This document shows, one piece after another, positions 38,901 through 51,602 of a stretch of DNA of 64,000 bases. Location: contig JBHGNT010000004.1 of the NCBI GenBank assembly GCA_043228905.1, forward strand, positions 3,410,001 through 3,474,000, read 5' to 3'. Position numbers and translations under genes: made by a program. Origin of the DNA: Azolla caroliniana. Taxonomy: Eukaryota; Plantae; Polypodiophyta. Each line of letters begins with the position of its first letter. Within the stretch, counting starts at the first letter, position 1. The notes under the pieces are model-generated. The model did not search any database and had not been told where the DNA came from. It saw only the letters and a list, made by a program, of their open reading frames with translations.

Positions 38901-41130
38901 CATCTTGAAATTCATCCCGATGCCAAAAGTATGGTTTCAATAGTACACATTGTTTTCCTTGAAGAAAGAAATGACTTTCTCCCACCCCAAGAACCTATGA
39001 CTAAGAGATAGATGATGTGACATAAGATAGATGAGAGCCTACAACGAGAGCACACAATTTATTAAATCAAGGGAAGTATAAGAGAAAGGGTGGTGTGATA
39101 GCAACATATTTGTAACTACCTTTTTTATCATATATTGTATTTAAAATATGTGCTTGAGATTACCATGAGGATTCATGAGTGTTGTCGTGATTATCTCTCC
39201 CAAGGGGGGCCCGTAGGGCCGTACCACAAGCTTCACGACCTTGATTAGATCCCCATGTTCTTCTTAACTTGTAAATTGTCTCTCACTGGTTGTAGTATTG
39301 ATAGAGCTAAACTAAAGAAATTAAACTTCATTCTTTGTAGAATTGGTCTTAACAAGTTAATTTATTAAATTTAATTGATGAGTTATGACAAGAACATCCA
39401 ACGTTTTTTAAGAGCGTAAGATTACAAGCTCTACAAAATGTAACCGTTGAACTCACGGTTAGATACATTATAGATAAGGCCATTAGTTTAATGGTCACAA
39501 TGCATTATGAAGAGCATGACCACCAAGTTCTTATGATTTCTAGTTCGAATTTAACTGTTTGCGTGTTGGGAAGAAGCCCTACAACTTAACGGTTAAGCTC
39601 TATTAAAATAATTACATTTACAGATTTTGGGCGCATTATAAGCAATTGCATACATTCATACAATGCATTTGTTTATATGTTGGACTTCATTGGATGCATT
39701 GCAATGGATACAAGTGATGGTGAGGGGGAACCTTAGGATTCAACCTCTTCATAAATTATAGGATATACTTGCAAAGCACTTCATAACTTGTAAGCTAAAA
39801 ACTGGTTGTTTTTCAATTGAGCTTATAGACATTTTCCTTATTCACATAGATCTCCACACATAGGCATGCACAATTATAGTTCTAATAAGCTATCTCCTCA
39901 AGTCTTAATGTGTAATAATCATAATTTTCAAGTTGCCTAATTGGTTGTTAGGTCATATTCCTAAGAGTGTGCGAGGACATACTTTTAAAACACTAATCAT
40001 TAGGTTATTTGTTAAATAATAAATGTAAGTTAAAGGTTTAAAGCTAAGAGCGACATGTCCTAACTCCTGAGTAAAAGGGCATGTAATAATCCACAGTTTT
40101 TTGAGAAACCAACAAAAAATGTACAAATAAGAATACTAGTATATTTCCAAGCATTGTGACGCATGAGGTTTTGCACAAATGCTTTCTCTTTCCACACCCA
40201 TCCATAATGGCCAAATGGAATAAATTGGTTCTTTCTTTTTGTCACATCAAAATGGAACAAAATATGACCCTCTTGCTTTATGATTCCACTTATAAATGGC
40301 CATATCAACAATATGCAAGTTTTTATCCCAATCTTCATGAGATTACAAAGAATAGCAAACTTAAATATTGTCAATAGAACATGTTGTTGGTTAATAAGGT
40401 TGATCCTTTTAGTTAGGGAACATTATGGTTAAGGTGGCCACTTTGCTAGTGCCCCAAAAGATGATGCTTTCTCAATTGAATCTTAAATTCTTCTTTCATT
40501 TAGGTTCACTATTTAGGAAGACCACCTAATATTCCAAAAACTTATCTTTCTAATGGTGGACCCATTTAATCCTTCTAAAACTCTATACCACTATGCCTCA
40601 TTATATACTTAAGTCTTACATCATACATTAACCTTTGACAATTTCCAAATAGGGAAGGCATGGCTTAGAATTTCCAACCATTAACTATAATGTAGTTCTT
40701 TTATTTATTTATTAGTACATTGCACTTCTTCCAAGGTAAAAGATTGTCCCTTTATGAGATAATAGGTAAACTTATTATAAATAACTTAGGGTATAGTGGT
40801 GATTATCTAGGTGGACGCACATGCATGACACATAACAATGCATTGGAGAAAGACGCATAATGACTAGACCCAATATTTCTATCACACTTGAAATGATAAG
40901 AAAAAGTAGGATGGACAAACATTGGAATTTTGTTTTCAGAATTAAGAATCTTATTGAAATTTCCTATTGGGAAGTTCAAAATTTTAACTTGGTTTTGATG
41001 AATGAGGGACTTACTTAGTTGAATACACAATGATATCTACATCAACTAATGAGGAGAATTTGTTGATAAAAGTGGAAATTGTGAAAATGTGGCTTTTTGA
41101 CATCGTGATGTCACTTTGCTCAAATCTGAA

Positions 41131-41291
41131 CCCTATTTCATGGAATTCAAGCATGAAATTGACCAAAGAAACACATTGAGAAAACCCTTCTTTGTGGAAT
41201 TCAAGCATGAAATGGATGGATGAAACACATTGAAAAGCCCTATTTCATGGAATTCAAGCATGAAAATGGGCAGATGAAACACGTTGAAAAA
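41131..41291. repeat. Minisatellite, about 54-bp unit x3
   Basis: Core TGGAATTCAAGCATGAAA...GAAACAC(A/G)TTGA repeated three times. Confidence 0.9.
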
Positions 41292-41726
41292 ACTCGAATA
41301 AATGTTATCGGCAAGGCGAAGCACTCATGCAAAGAAAGTGGGTCCATGTTACATGTACAAGGTCAAGACTTAAGTGGCCAACAAGTGTGAACCATGCCCA
41401 TGGTAGGAGCAAAAACACCACTACTTACATTGAACAATGACTTAACCATTACCATTGGCGTACTCCAATGTTGAAATAAAGGGACTTAGATGAAAATTAA
41501 GGCTTTGGAAGGAGCAAAATTATCACAATCTTCAAAAGGAAGGTTTTTACAAGCCATTTGGTATCCAACTAGTTCACGCAAGAGAAAGTTGTAGTTATGG
41601 TTGACTTGGTAATGGGGTAAGGTAAGAATGAGATAGAGGTTAATTTAGCTCTTAAGAGGGCCACGACTCAATTAGAAGCCTTAAATGCAATTCAATCTTT
41701 TTCTTACCACCATCCATTGTGTTTGA

Positions 41727-41837
41727 TAAACTAGTTCATCATGTTGTCTAAAATACTTATAAGCTAAACCAATTCATCATGTTGTCTAAAATACTTATAC
41801 GCTAAACCAGTTCAACATGCTGTCTAAAATACTCATA
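41727..41837. repeat. Minisatellite, about 38-bp unit x3
   Basis: TAAAC(C/T)A(G/A)TTCA(T/A)CATG(T/C)TGTCTAAAATACT(T/C)ATA x3. Confidence 0.9.
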
Positions 41838-43268
41838 AATTGGTTCCTTGGGAAAGGTGTGGTTGGCTTCAAACTTGTAAGAAAAAGAGCCATGTTTGAG
41901 TTCAAAGATTATAACTTTAAAGTAGAAAGCATTGTTTTATCAAAATGATTTATTGCTATTTCTATTCTTGCCCTTGCCCCCGAGGCTATCTTGCAAATAA
42001 ATTTCGTTAAAAACGACTTTGGCAAAGAACATTAGTGGCTTTGATTTAGAAAGGTATGACACTTTTCTGAGCTTTGTGTATTGTTCCTTTGAGCATTAGT
42101 GGGCTTTGGTGGATCATATCTTTATGTGTAGAACGATTCATCTTTTACAGAAAATAAACAATAAGCTCAAAAAGGGGTTTTAAGAGATGATTTAAAAATG
42201 GAATGGATAATGAACCTACAACATCACTTTCCCTCATAACAACGTGAAGGTCTCGATGAGATGGGTCGTGCAAAGTGGTTCAAGGTTACCGAAGAAAGGC
42301 AATTCGGGATAGAGTAATGAAGAACTGTTTTTGCATCCACATATGAGTTGAGGAGAGGTGGAAGGGCAATGCGCACTGTCAAACAAATTTTTGCATTTAA
42401 ATAAAGTTATTCCAATCAAACGAAAAGAAATCTTGATGTCCGATTCCGAAAGGCGGTCGAGGAGAGGGCACTTTTTGAGCTTACCCCAATCTTTTTTGTC
42501 GCCAACGAGGTACATGTAATAGAGTTCCGAGACATTCGCACAAACTCTTTAAATTTTCGTCATATCAAACTCTTCAAGAAGTTGTATTATTTATTCCAAA
42601 ACACCTAACCAATGCTATACATGATATGCGAGGACATCCTATGGTGCAAAGGAGAGGTACGAGTTAGGTGCGGAAGGGTTCATTGAAGGGAGCCTTGGAT
42701 ATAGGAGAGACATATATATATATATATATATATATTATGTTAGTGTCCAACGGAGATCGATAGTGATCTACGGGACGGGGCATAGCCCATGTTGAGGGTT
42801 GATCGAACTTGGGTTATCTCAATTTTATAGCATCTCAATAGAAATGGACTGGACTGGCCATGTGAACACGGCCCTTATTTGAGAGGGTACAAGCTCTTCA
42901 CAAAGGGGGGGGGGGGGCTTTGTGTACACGCGTCAAGATAATCGTGGGCTTTGTAAAATCTCCCTAAAATCAGCTAAAATTAAAAGAAGTAAAATCAAAA
43001 ACAAAAACAAAAACATTTTAAATTTATCTCTCTTCAAAAAGGACAATTCGATTCTTTACGGAAATAATAAATAATAATTCTCGAATTATATTATTATGTA
43101 TGTGTGTGTGTGTGTGTTTTTTTTTTCTTTCTCCCGGGAGATAATTTAAAAAAAATTCGACACCATTAACGCATTCTTTTCTTTTCTTTTTAATAATATA
43201 TATACTAATATTTAAATGGAATACTATTTTTATATTTCTGGTAATTTTATTTCTTTTACGTTTTCTCT

Positions 43269-43644
43269 GACACGTGCCAGCATTGAAAGGCTCTTGCTTC
43301 CTGCCGCTCTCCTTACGTGGCAATTGACGGGGCCATTGACGTGGCAATTGACGTGGCGGTTGCACGAATTCAAGCACATGCGCCTTTCGTGTTTGTCGTT
43401 TCTCTCCTTCAAGTCGATGGGCGCCTTTTCCAGCTGACGTGACAAGTCCTACGTGGCAACTGGACCCTATAAATACGAATACGTACATGTGTCTTGAGCC
43501 TTTTTCGTTGCTTTCCTTTCCGCTGACGTGTCAGACGACAGCTACTGTCGACATTACGTGGCGGGCGGACATAAATATAATCCTTCGTATTACTATTATT
43601 ATTTCCGATTGGACGGCTGGTCATTTGTGGTGAGCACACGTGGC
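43269..43644. promoter_or_regulatory. Distal ABRE/G-box cluster (8 ACGTG[G/T]C sites) with TATA box
   Basis: ACGTGGC at 43315, 43339, 43351, 43451, 43556 and 43638. ACGTGTC at 43526. GACACGT at 43269. TATAAAT at 43468. Confidence 0.75.
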
Positions 43645-45548
43645 CCCTTCTTCAAAAAATAAAAGGACTCGCTCCCCCCCCCCCAAATGCAACCAAATAA
43701 GCACTTGTCGCTCTTCCTTTTCTCTTTCCTTTTAACTTTATTCACATAATTTACTTTATTGGCCTTCACCTTTTCCCTTTTGCCTTTTATGACATCCATA
43801 CATAGAAGTCACTTCTATCCCCGACTCCTCATGCATATATATATATATATATAGCTTATAATGGCCCCGCTGTCATGATCGTCATTGTCATCAGCTACCC
43901 ATAGCCCTCATTTCACACCAGACAAGCTCTGCAAGTTGCACGCTACCAACAACACACTAGGACCCCACCCCAACTTTCATATGGGTGGATGGTGGGGCTC
44001 CCTTCCATTCACCTCAAAACATGGGAGAGACATAACCAACCTGGCCTTTCTAGCGTTTTGAGACACTTTTTCCCTGTTTCGCCGACCTCCAAATGGATGA
44101 GATTCCACATGAATTTGATTATGGTTCCTTGAATCACCAAATGGGAGAGGTCTTGGACAAACATAATGACATTCTCATGTCTACAACCTACGGCTTTGTA
44201 ATTTGTTATATCTTGAACTTTTTGATGATTCCAACCCAAATATGACAACTTATAAGCTACTAGTTCTTCTCTTTTATTGTCCATTAATTTATTAGTCTTG
44301 ACTCTTCACCCATTGGTTTGAGATTTTTATGAAAAAGTTCAATGACAAATTCAATGCATTGGTGAAACCATAAATTTTTTTTTCATCAAGTAACCATCAT
44401 AGTCTTTTTATTCATTTATTCAAATTGTTTTTAGTCTCTCTTCTCCATGCTTCAATTTGTATTGGAAGAAAAGGCATCATTAGTATACATGGATTTGGAG
44501 TTTAAACCCCACTTGTGTTTTAGAGCATCTAATTAGTCTAGAACATGGAGAAAAAATGCTCCAAGATTCTATTTAGTTGAAAATTGAAATTGCCCTTGCA
44601 TTACGCATGTTCAAAATAGAACTTAGAACATAACGACGTGATCACAAGAGTGAGGTGAGCCTACCTTCAAGTTGACAAGGGATCGGTCATGAACCTAACA
44701 AAGTAGTTACCATCACTCTGTTTGATCAAAGAAAAAAGATTGTGGTCAAAGTTAACCCTCCCCCAAAACACACGGAGAAGATTGTCGCGATACAGATTCC
44801 AAAACTTTGTGAGAGATTCCAAGTTTGGTGTCAATATCAAGGATTTCAAAGGTAAACAAATTTAGTTGGACATGTGAAGGAAAAGTTTCCAAATGTTAAG
44901 TTTTGGGCTAAGTTAGAATTAGCTACAAACCCTGCTAACTTCTGTCTATGCCACCCACCCACCCACCCACACACACAAATAGATACATATCATATCATAT
45001 CATATATATATATATAGTACATATCAGACTTCTCTTTTGACTAATTTAAGTTTAAAAAAAAACAGAAGAAAGAGCTCCATCATTTTGCGAAAACATAAGG
45101 GGGAACGAACATATGAGCAGAAGTCCCAGATCGGGGGGGTGTGCGGGGTATATACGAGATGAAGTCCCCCGGATGGGGTTTTGGTCGCGTGTGCGTGCAC
45201 ACACTCTCCCGCATCTTATGTAGTGTGTAATGAATTAAATTACAATAACAAAAAAACAAAGGGAAGATGCTGGGCAAAAAACGTGTAGCTTTTTTGGACC
45301 TCCCAAAGAAAAGGGGCGAAAACCCAAAAGGCCAAACCAAAAGAGAGAGAGAGAGAGATAAAAAAATCAAGTTGCCAAGTTGTGTCCAATGAGGAACGCA
45401 CACATCGGCTAATTTGACTTTTAATGAATATATTTATTTCTCGGGAGGGGAATTTTCTCGGGATAAAAATAAAAGAATTAAACTAAAAAATAAAAAAAAT
45501 AATTGTTTTTATAGAAAAACAAATTAAAAGCAGCCCGCTTTTTCGGTT

Positions 45549-45654
45549 GACACGTGAACGAATGGTGTTTCGCGGGGGAGGGCGCTGAAGACGTGGCTAA
45601 ATGATTGGGGAACACGTGGCGGGGCGGAAAGCGACCTCCGCGCCCGACACGTGG
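45549..45654 (+). promoter_or_regulatory. Proximal ABRE/G-box cluster of the NINJA/AFP gene
   Basis: GACACGTG at 45549, ACGTGGC at 45591, CACGTGGC at 45613, GACACGTGG at 45646. Followed by a CT-rich leader before the ATG at 45943. Confidence 0.8.
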
Positions 45655-45942
45655 AGGTCATGGACGCCGGGCCCTTTCTCTCTCTCCTCCGCCCTTCTTT
45701 TCTGGCACCGTCTCTCTCTCTCTCTCTCTCTCTACAGTTTCTTCTTCGTCTTCTTCTTCTTCTTCTTCTTCTTCTTCTTTCTTTCTTTCTTTCTTTCTCT
45801 GGCCTTCTCTGTTTCCTTCGCTTCTCTTCAGTATGACCTCCTTTTCGCCATAGCTGCGCCTCCTCTTTTTCCTTCCTTTCTTTTCTTCTGCTTCCCGCCC
45901 CCCCCCCCTCTCTCTCTCTTTCTCTCTGTGGTTCCCTCTTCC

Positions 45943-48192
45943 ATGGCGGCTGAATGCCATAACTTCTTCCACACCTCTGCACCCTCCTCTTCCCCTGCTA
46001 GGGTTTCTGCTCTGCACACCCGCGATGGCCATCCTTCTCCTCCTCCTCCTCCTCCCCCTCCCCATGATGGTCTCGAGCTCAGCCTAACCCTCTCTTTGTC
46101 GACATCAACACCATGCTCATCCTCATCCTCTTCTTCCTCTTCTTCATCCTCTGCCCTAGCAGAGCGATCCAACTCCTCCGAGAGGCCCTCCTCCACCATG
46201 GTAGGGTTTTTGATGCCCTCCCGGGACCAGGTTTGGCAGAACTTGCAGCGGAACGGTGCGGTCTGCGGCGGAGATGATGAATTAGGTCAAATCGACAACG
46301 ACAAGAACCCGAACATGAGAGACATAAGATCCAACAGCTCTGTATCCGGTGCTTCTGCGCTCAAGCCCACGGCATGGCCGGCACGCAGATCGGCCTCTGT
46401 ACAGGTCATAATGCCCGTCAGCAGTGATGGCGGCGGTGCCGCCCCTACCCCATCGAGTAGCCAGCCAATGAGAAGTCTTTCCTGCAGCAATGGCGGATCT
46501 CCTCTTCTTCACCATAACTGGCACCATAACCAACCTCCTCCTCCTGCACCTCCTTCTCATCATAATAATAATAATCAGCATCATCAGCATCTTAATCATC
46601 ATCATCAGCATCATCATCATCATCTTAATCTTCATCATCAGCAGAGGAGCATGCCTTGCTTGAACAGTCCTTTCGCAGACCTTGGATCTCTGCTCTTACG
46701 GAGCGCTTCCTCATCCGTGCAGACCTCGCGGCCGGAGAGCGGCGGCAACCCGCAGAGGCAGCAGCAGCTGGAGGATGAAGAGGTCCGGAGGAGGAAAGAG
46801 ATAGCAACCCAGAGGAGGCAGGAGGCGAGGAAGAGGAGGAGATCCCTAATGGAAGAGAAGCAGATGAAGAAAGCCAGGCTCCAGAGCTGCGGCGGCAGCA
46901 GCGGGGGGTCAGGGGCAGGGGCAGGGGCAGGGGCAGCAGGAAGCTTGAAGCGGGCCAGTAGTAGCAAGCAAGGCGCAGCAGCAATCCCTGAGGAGAAAGA
47001 AAGAGACAGAGAATCCGCAGAGAAGGAGAGATCTCTTCCATGTCCTGCAGGAGCAGCAGCAGCAACACCACCACCACCATCCATGGCGGCGGATTCCTCT
47101 CCCGAATCATCATCGAATCCATCTTCTGTCAATCCATCTTCTGTCAAACATGACTATGAAGAATCCAATCATGGGGGCTTTACGGATCATCAGCAACAGA
47201 AGGCATCAGAGCCATCATCCCTAAAGCTCCCATTAGATGTCTCTGCGCAAGAAGCAGGTAAAGGCGAAGTGGAGCACCATGGCCATGATGAGCATCATCG
47301 CGAAGAGGCGGCGGCGGAAGAGACAAAGAAAGAGAATAAGCCAGCATTCTTATTGCCGCCCTTACATCGGTCCGGCTCCGGCTCCGGCTCCGGGGCCGCA
47401 ACTATGAACCAGCAACTCCTCTTACCGAGTGTAGTCCCGGACGGCCCTCCTTCGGCCGTGGGCTCGTCTTATAGCTTCTTGGGCGGCGCCACGAGGCCGC
47501 CACATCCGCACGAAAGCTCTTCCTCCATGTCTACCACCACAACTTTGGATGTAATGAACCCGCCTCCGAGCAACATAATCAAGAGGCAACGGAGCTGGCC
47601 TGGCCCGATGATGCCCGCCCATGCCCATGCCTCGACCCCGACCCCGGCCCCGACCCCGGCCCCTACTACTTCTAGCCGATTACCCCCTCGCCACTCATGT
47701 CAGCAGCATCCCGATCAAAGCATCGCATCCTCCTTAGGCCCGCATCTTGGAGACCCTAGCTGTAAAGCTCAAGCCAAAACGGGAGGCCCCAACCAAGTAG
47801 TGCAAGGAGGGAATCCGAATGGGCCGCACCAGCAGCAGCACGAGAGGGCGGTTGTCCGCCACGAGCTCTCGCCCACCTTGTCCCTCCCGGCCAAAGCGGT
47901 TGGCGAAAACGGGAGACCGAAGAATGGTGAGTCGTCTTCGTCGTCGTCGTGGCGAAGGGTGACCACGACCGGTCGAGGGCCCAACGGGAAGACCATTTTC
48001 GGATTTATGTACATAACCACGTCCCAGCAACAAGTGCCGCAGGTATGGCTCGTGTGCAACTGCCATGGCAAGCATATGTCACCTCTCGAGTTTGTCGAGC
48101 ACTCGGGGAGTAGCGATCTCTCCCATCCCGAGCGGAACATTGTCGTGAACTCGCTTCCTTTTTTCCCTCAAGTAGCCACGACCCCCGTGTGA
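45943..48192 (+). CDS. NINJA/AFP-family transcriptional co-repressor, intronless, about 749 aa
   Basis: EAR motif DGLELSLTLSL, basic B domain RRRKEIATQRRQEARKRRRSLMEEKQ, and C-terminal TIFY-binding domain VTTTGRGPNGKTIFGFMY...VWLVCNCHGKHMSPLEFVEHSG. The start at CCATGG (45943) is preferred over 45601. Confidence 0.92.
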   Translation: MAAECHNFFHTSAPSSSPARVSALHTRDGHPSPPPPPPPPHDGLELSLTLSLSTSTPCSSSSSSSSSSSSALAERSNSSERPSSTMVGFLMPSRDQVWQNLQRNGAVCGGDDELGQIDNDKNPNMRDIRSNSSVSGASALKPTAWPARRSASVQVIMPVSSDGGGAAPTPSSSQPMRSLSCSNGGSPLLHHNWHHNQPPPPAPPSHHNNNNQHHQHLNHHHQHHHHHLNLHHQQRSMPCLNSPFADLGSLLLRSASSSVQTSRPESGGNPQRQQQLEDEEVRRRKEIATQRRQEARKRRRSLMEEKQMKKARLQSCGGSSGGSGAGAGAGAAGSLKRASSSKQGAAAIPEEKERDRESAEKERSLPCPAGAAAATPPPPSMAADSSPESSSNPSSVNPSSVKHDYEESNHGGFTDHQQQKASEPSSLKLPLDVSAQEAGKGEVEHHGHDEHHREEAAAEETKKENKPAFLLPPLHRSGSGSGSGAATMNQQLLLPSVVPDGPPSAVGSSYSFLGGATRPPHPHESSSSMSTTTTLDVMNPPPSNIIKRQRSWPGPMMPAHAHASTPTPAPTPAPTTSSRLPPRHSCQQHPDQSIASSLGPHLGDPSCKAQAKTGGPNQVVQGGNPNGPHQQQHERAVVRHELSPTLSLPAKAVGENGRPKNGESSSSSSWRRVTTTGRGPNGKTIFGFMYITTSQQQVPQVWLVCNCHGKHMSPLEFVEHSGSSDLSHPERNIVVNSLPFFPQVATTPV

Positions 48193-51100
48193 TGAGATGC
48201 CATGGACCCCCCCCCCCCCCAACCGGATTTGTACCCATTCGAAGCTCGAATCACAACATTCCGACCCGAAAGATCGACAAAGGGGTCGAAGTCCCCCCGG
48301 AAAGTTCGACAAAGGGGAATCGACTGAGGAGGTTTCAAGATTGTTGCTTCTTTTTTCCTTTCTTTCTTTTTGGCTCCCTTTTCTTCTTCTTTCATCTTTT
48401 CTTTTTGGTTGTAAAAGTTTGTGTTATCATATGATAACACTTATATATATATATATGCAATTCAACACTCCCATGTATCACAAGCAATATAGAGGAAATA
48501 TTTATGGATGGATTGATTAGTTTTACACTATTGCTTTTTTGTGGGTGCTGTTTTCTTGTCTTATGTTTTTGAACGCTTTCATTAGTGAAGGTGAATGTGG
48601 AAGGTTTCTTGTTATATGGGTATTTTCTTATAGGTTTTCAGAAAGGCCAAATCGTAGTGTGAAAGCAGAAACAGATGGCCTTCATTTGTTCAGGATAATA
48701 TCCACAATCATATAGAAAATATCCCATGTCTTCTTAGAAGGGTTTTAGTGGAGTATATTTGATGGACTATGTCAATACAATTCATGAGGTGTGAATGCCA
48801 TGATTCTATCCACTTTTATTATGCATTACTAAGTACTTTAAGAGATCAAAATTCATATGTGATTCATGTGCACATTCATGTATGTCCCACGAACGAAATG
48901 ATAGATCTTTTTTTTTATGTCTACCCTTGCACTTGATGCGAAGCTTTGAACATTTTATAAGGAGGATGGTACACACATTCACGACGATTCAAATGATCAT
49001 TTGCAAACATGATGTATCTATAACATGGAGAAGCAAGAGAAAGACTCATTGAAGTAATCACTAATTCATAAAGAATTAGTGGCATCTCAAGGACATTTCA
49101 AGAATTAGAGGACATTACATCAAGACTTAAAATGGAGCAAATCTTTTGGTGGTAAGAAAAGAAGAAGATGGCCCAAGAGCATTGATGACATGAAACTTCC
49201 ATGTGGTAAGGATACAATGCAAGATGTGTGTGCTATATACCCCATTGGCTTGGTTCCATGTGTTATGATGTCCTAGACACCTTTATTGACAAATTTGAGA
49301 AGTGATTTTATTGTTCATCAAACCTCTCTAGCCATTGGATGACCAACATGTACTTTTGTTATGTGGGTAGGATTTAGTTAATTATGTTATACCCTTTGTA
49401 TTTATGGATGTATATGTAGGTAAAAGGGTAGTATGGATCCATTAGTATTTCTCCACAATGTAGATGTGTGGCTACGGCTTGAACTTGGCTTATGTGTGGT
49501 TGAAAGGGTTCTATATGTTTTGAGGTTCTCCCCATGCAAGAGTAGTTGGGTAGTGTAAATGTGTAATATAGGATTGCCACATCCTATGCATGTGGCATAT
49601 TCCCTTGTATTGACAATGGCATTATTATGTTGGTTTTGACGTGCTTGCATTTTGTGTCTCGTAGTTATGATCCCTAAAATGGGTTTTGATACATATAATC
49701 CTTTGGAGTCAAAGTTGAATGTACCTTTGAGTCCCCTCGAAATAGTACATCCAAATGCCATGCAAATATGTTTACTTGAGCTATGTATTTTGTACGATAT
49801 TGTGCATGACCTCTTTTGATGGTAAGCCCTTTCATGTTTTCTGGAACTTGACACTTCCTTTATGGAGTAAGAACTTCATGCCCTCATGTTTTCTATCATA
49901 GGCCCACACTATTGATTCGAAGGAAGGTTTTTTTGGCATCTATCCCACATGGGATCTCTCATTCAGGGTTCTTGTCTCCGTCCATGTGTATTGAAAGTAC
50001 ATTATATCCTTCATCATCATTGATAGTAAAATCTCATGTGTAACTTCACATATGACTCAACATTATGTTTTTATGTTAATTTTTCAAAGCAATAGTGATG
50101 ATCAACCTAATGTAATTTCAATATTATGCGAGAGGTACTGTGTATCTAAGATGGCTTATCTCTATTTGATACTTGCCTTTCACCTTAAAGATTTCAAACG
50201 GTGGTTTTGTATTGGGAGTCAAATTTTGTGACATTTGTAATTGCCGAAGTCATAGACGTATGAATTTATTATTTCAGAAATTGTAAGTTATATGGCCAAG
50301 TTGTTGATAAATTAATCCATATATATGAAGTAAAATGGCATCTTTTTATGCCACCTAGTTTGAGCTATGAAACTTTTATATGAACAATGGACATCATCAA
50401 AATAGTTATTCATCATGGTGATACTAATAAATAATAGGGACATGACTTTCTAAGGCAAATATTCTTGGTTGGGCCATTACTTATTCTATATTGATCATAT
50501 ATCTATGAAAAAGCACTACAATACACATGTAAATTGTAGGAGATCACAAAAAATGCAAGATAGCTTTGGAACAACACAAACCTTTTTCATGTAAAAAGAG
50601 AGAGTGAAGAAGTATAGATCTTATTTTCCATGGTCCTAATACTTACCACCATGGGAGAAAACTAAAAAGCTAATATTTTTATTTGATTTAAGCTGGTGCC
50701 ACTTTTGAAGACATTGGTTGGATTACAAACATGCGTGCACACATCAAGACTAGGAAAAAGCGAGATAGATTCGTTCACACTTGTATCAAACTCGACCCAA
50801 TAACACCAAATGTTATTAATGTACAATACATATACCATGTATTTTTGCATTCGGATAAGATGTCTACACTTTTGGCGTGCTATGCGTTTATACTTTAGAG
50901 TTCATTGGAATGTATTTTAGAAGGCATATGATTTATAGGGGCAATAATTTGAGGTCTCTTACATTCATCATTTTTTTCTCGTAGTCATCATTACTACGAA
51001 TAGTACATGTGATTGGTTTTGCTAATGTACTCTTCTCGAACTTTGTTTGTATTCTTGGTTATGCTGGGTAACATTATGTTATGTATGCAGCTCATAAGGT

Positions 51101-51571
51101 CTTGACGCGTGCATACCTTCACAAACATTCGTCTTGTTACAATATTGTTATAAGGTTAGTTCCTCAATGAATATTTCAATGGCAAATTAAATATTGTTTT
51201 ATATGGTTAAAAGTAGAATGCATAAGTATTTTTTGCAAGTATAAGAAGCGTACGTGCAAAGGAAGATGGCTCTTTCTTTGGCTCTCGATATAATTGATTG
51301 AGTCTTGAATGATCACATTGACATTGGTGGAAATAATTGAATAGATTTTTGTCATGTTTATTAATTGTTTTGGATTGTCATTCTGCATAGCATTATAATA
51401 GGTGTAATGATTGATTCAAGAAAATATAATACAGAAATTTACCAACATACTCTTAAGTTCTGTGAACTCTCGAGATACCTCATATTTTTCAAAACTCCAT
51501 AATTACCCCTCCCCTCCCCTCCCCTCCCCTCTCCCCTTTGCAATTCCTATTTCTTTAGAAATTGTATAGTA

Positions 51572-51602
<31 letters not shown>

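Noticed and set aside
40060-40374. Possible P-loop/NB-ARC remnant (G.YG..G.GK-like) on minus
   Set aside because: Requires several assumed indels, and no other NB-ARC motifs were found.
41131-41837. Short repeats superficially like a CRISPR array
   Set aside because: Head-to-tail minisatellites without unique spacers, no cas genes, and a eukaryotic context.
42234-42600. 93-aa minus-strand ORF in CpG-richer sequence
   Set aside because: Probably a TE or gene fragment, but no family could be assigned and there is an upstream in-frame stop.
42738-42860. Another TG-starting segment with an antisense B-box-like GTTCGATC
   Set aside because: No T-stem pairing or credible A box, so it is too weak to count as a tRNA-like head.
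45601-45942. N-terminal extension of the 863-aa ORF
   Set aside because: It runs through promoter G-boxes and CT/CTT microsatellites. The ATG at 45943 (CCATGG) just before the EAR region is more plausible.
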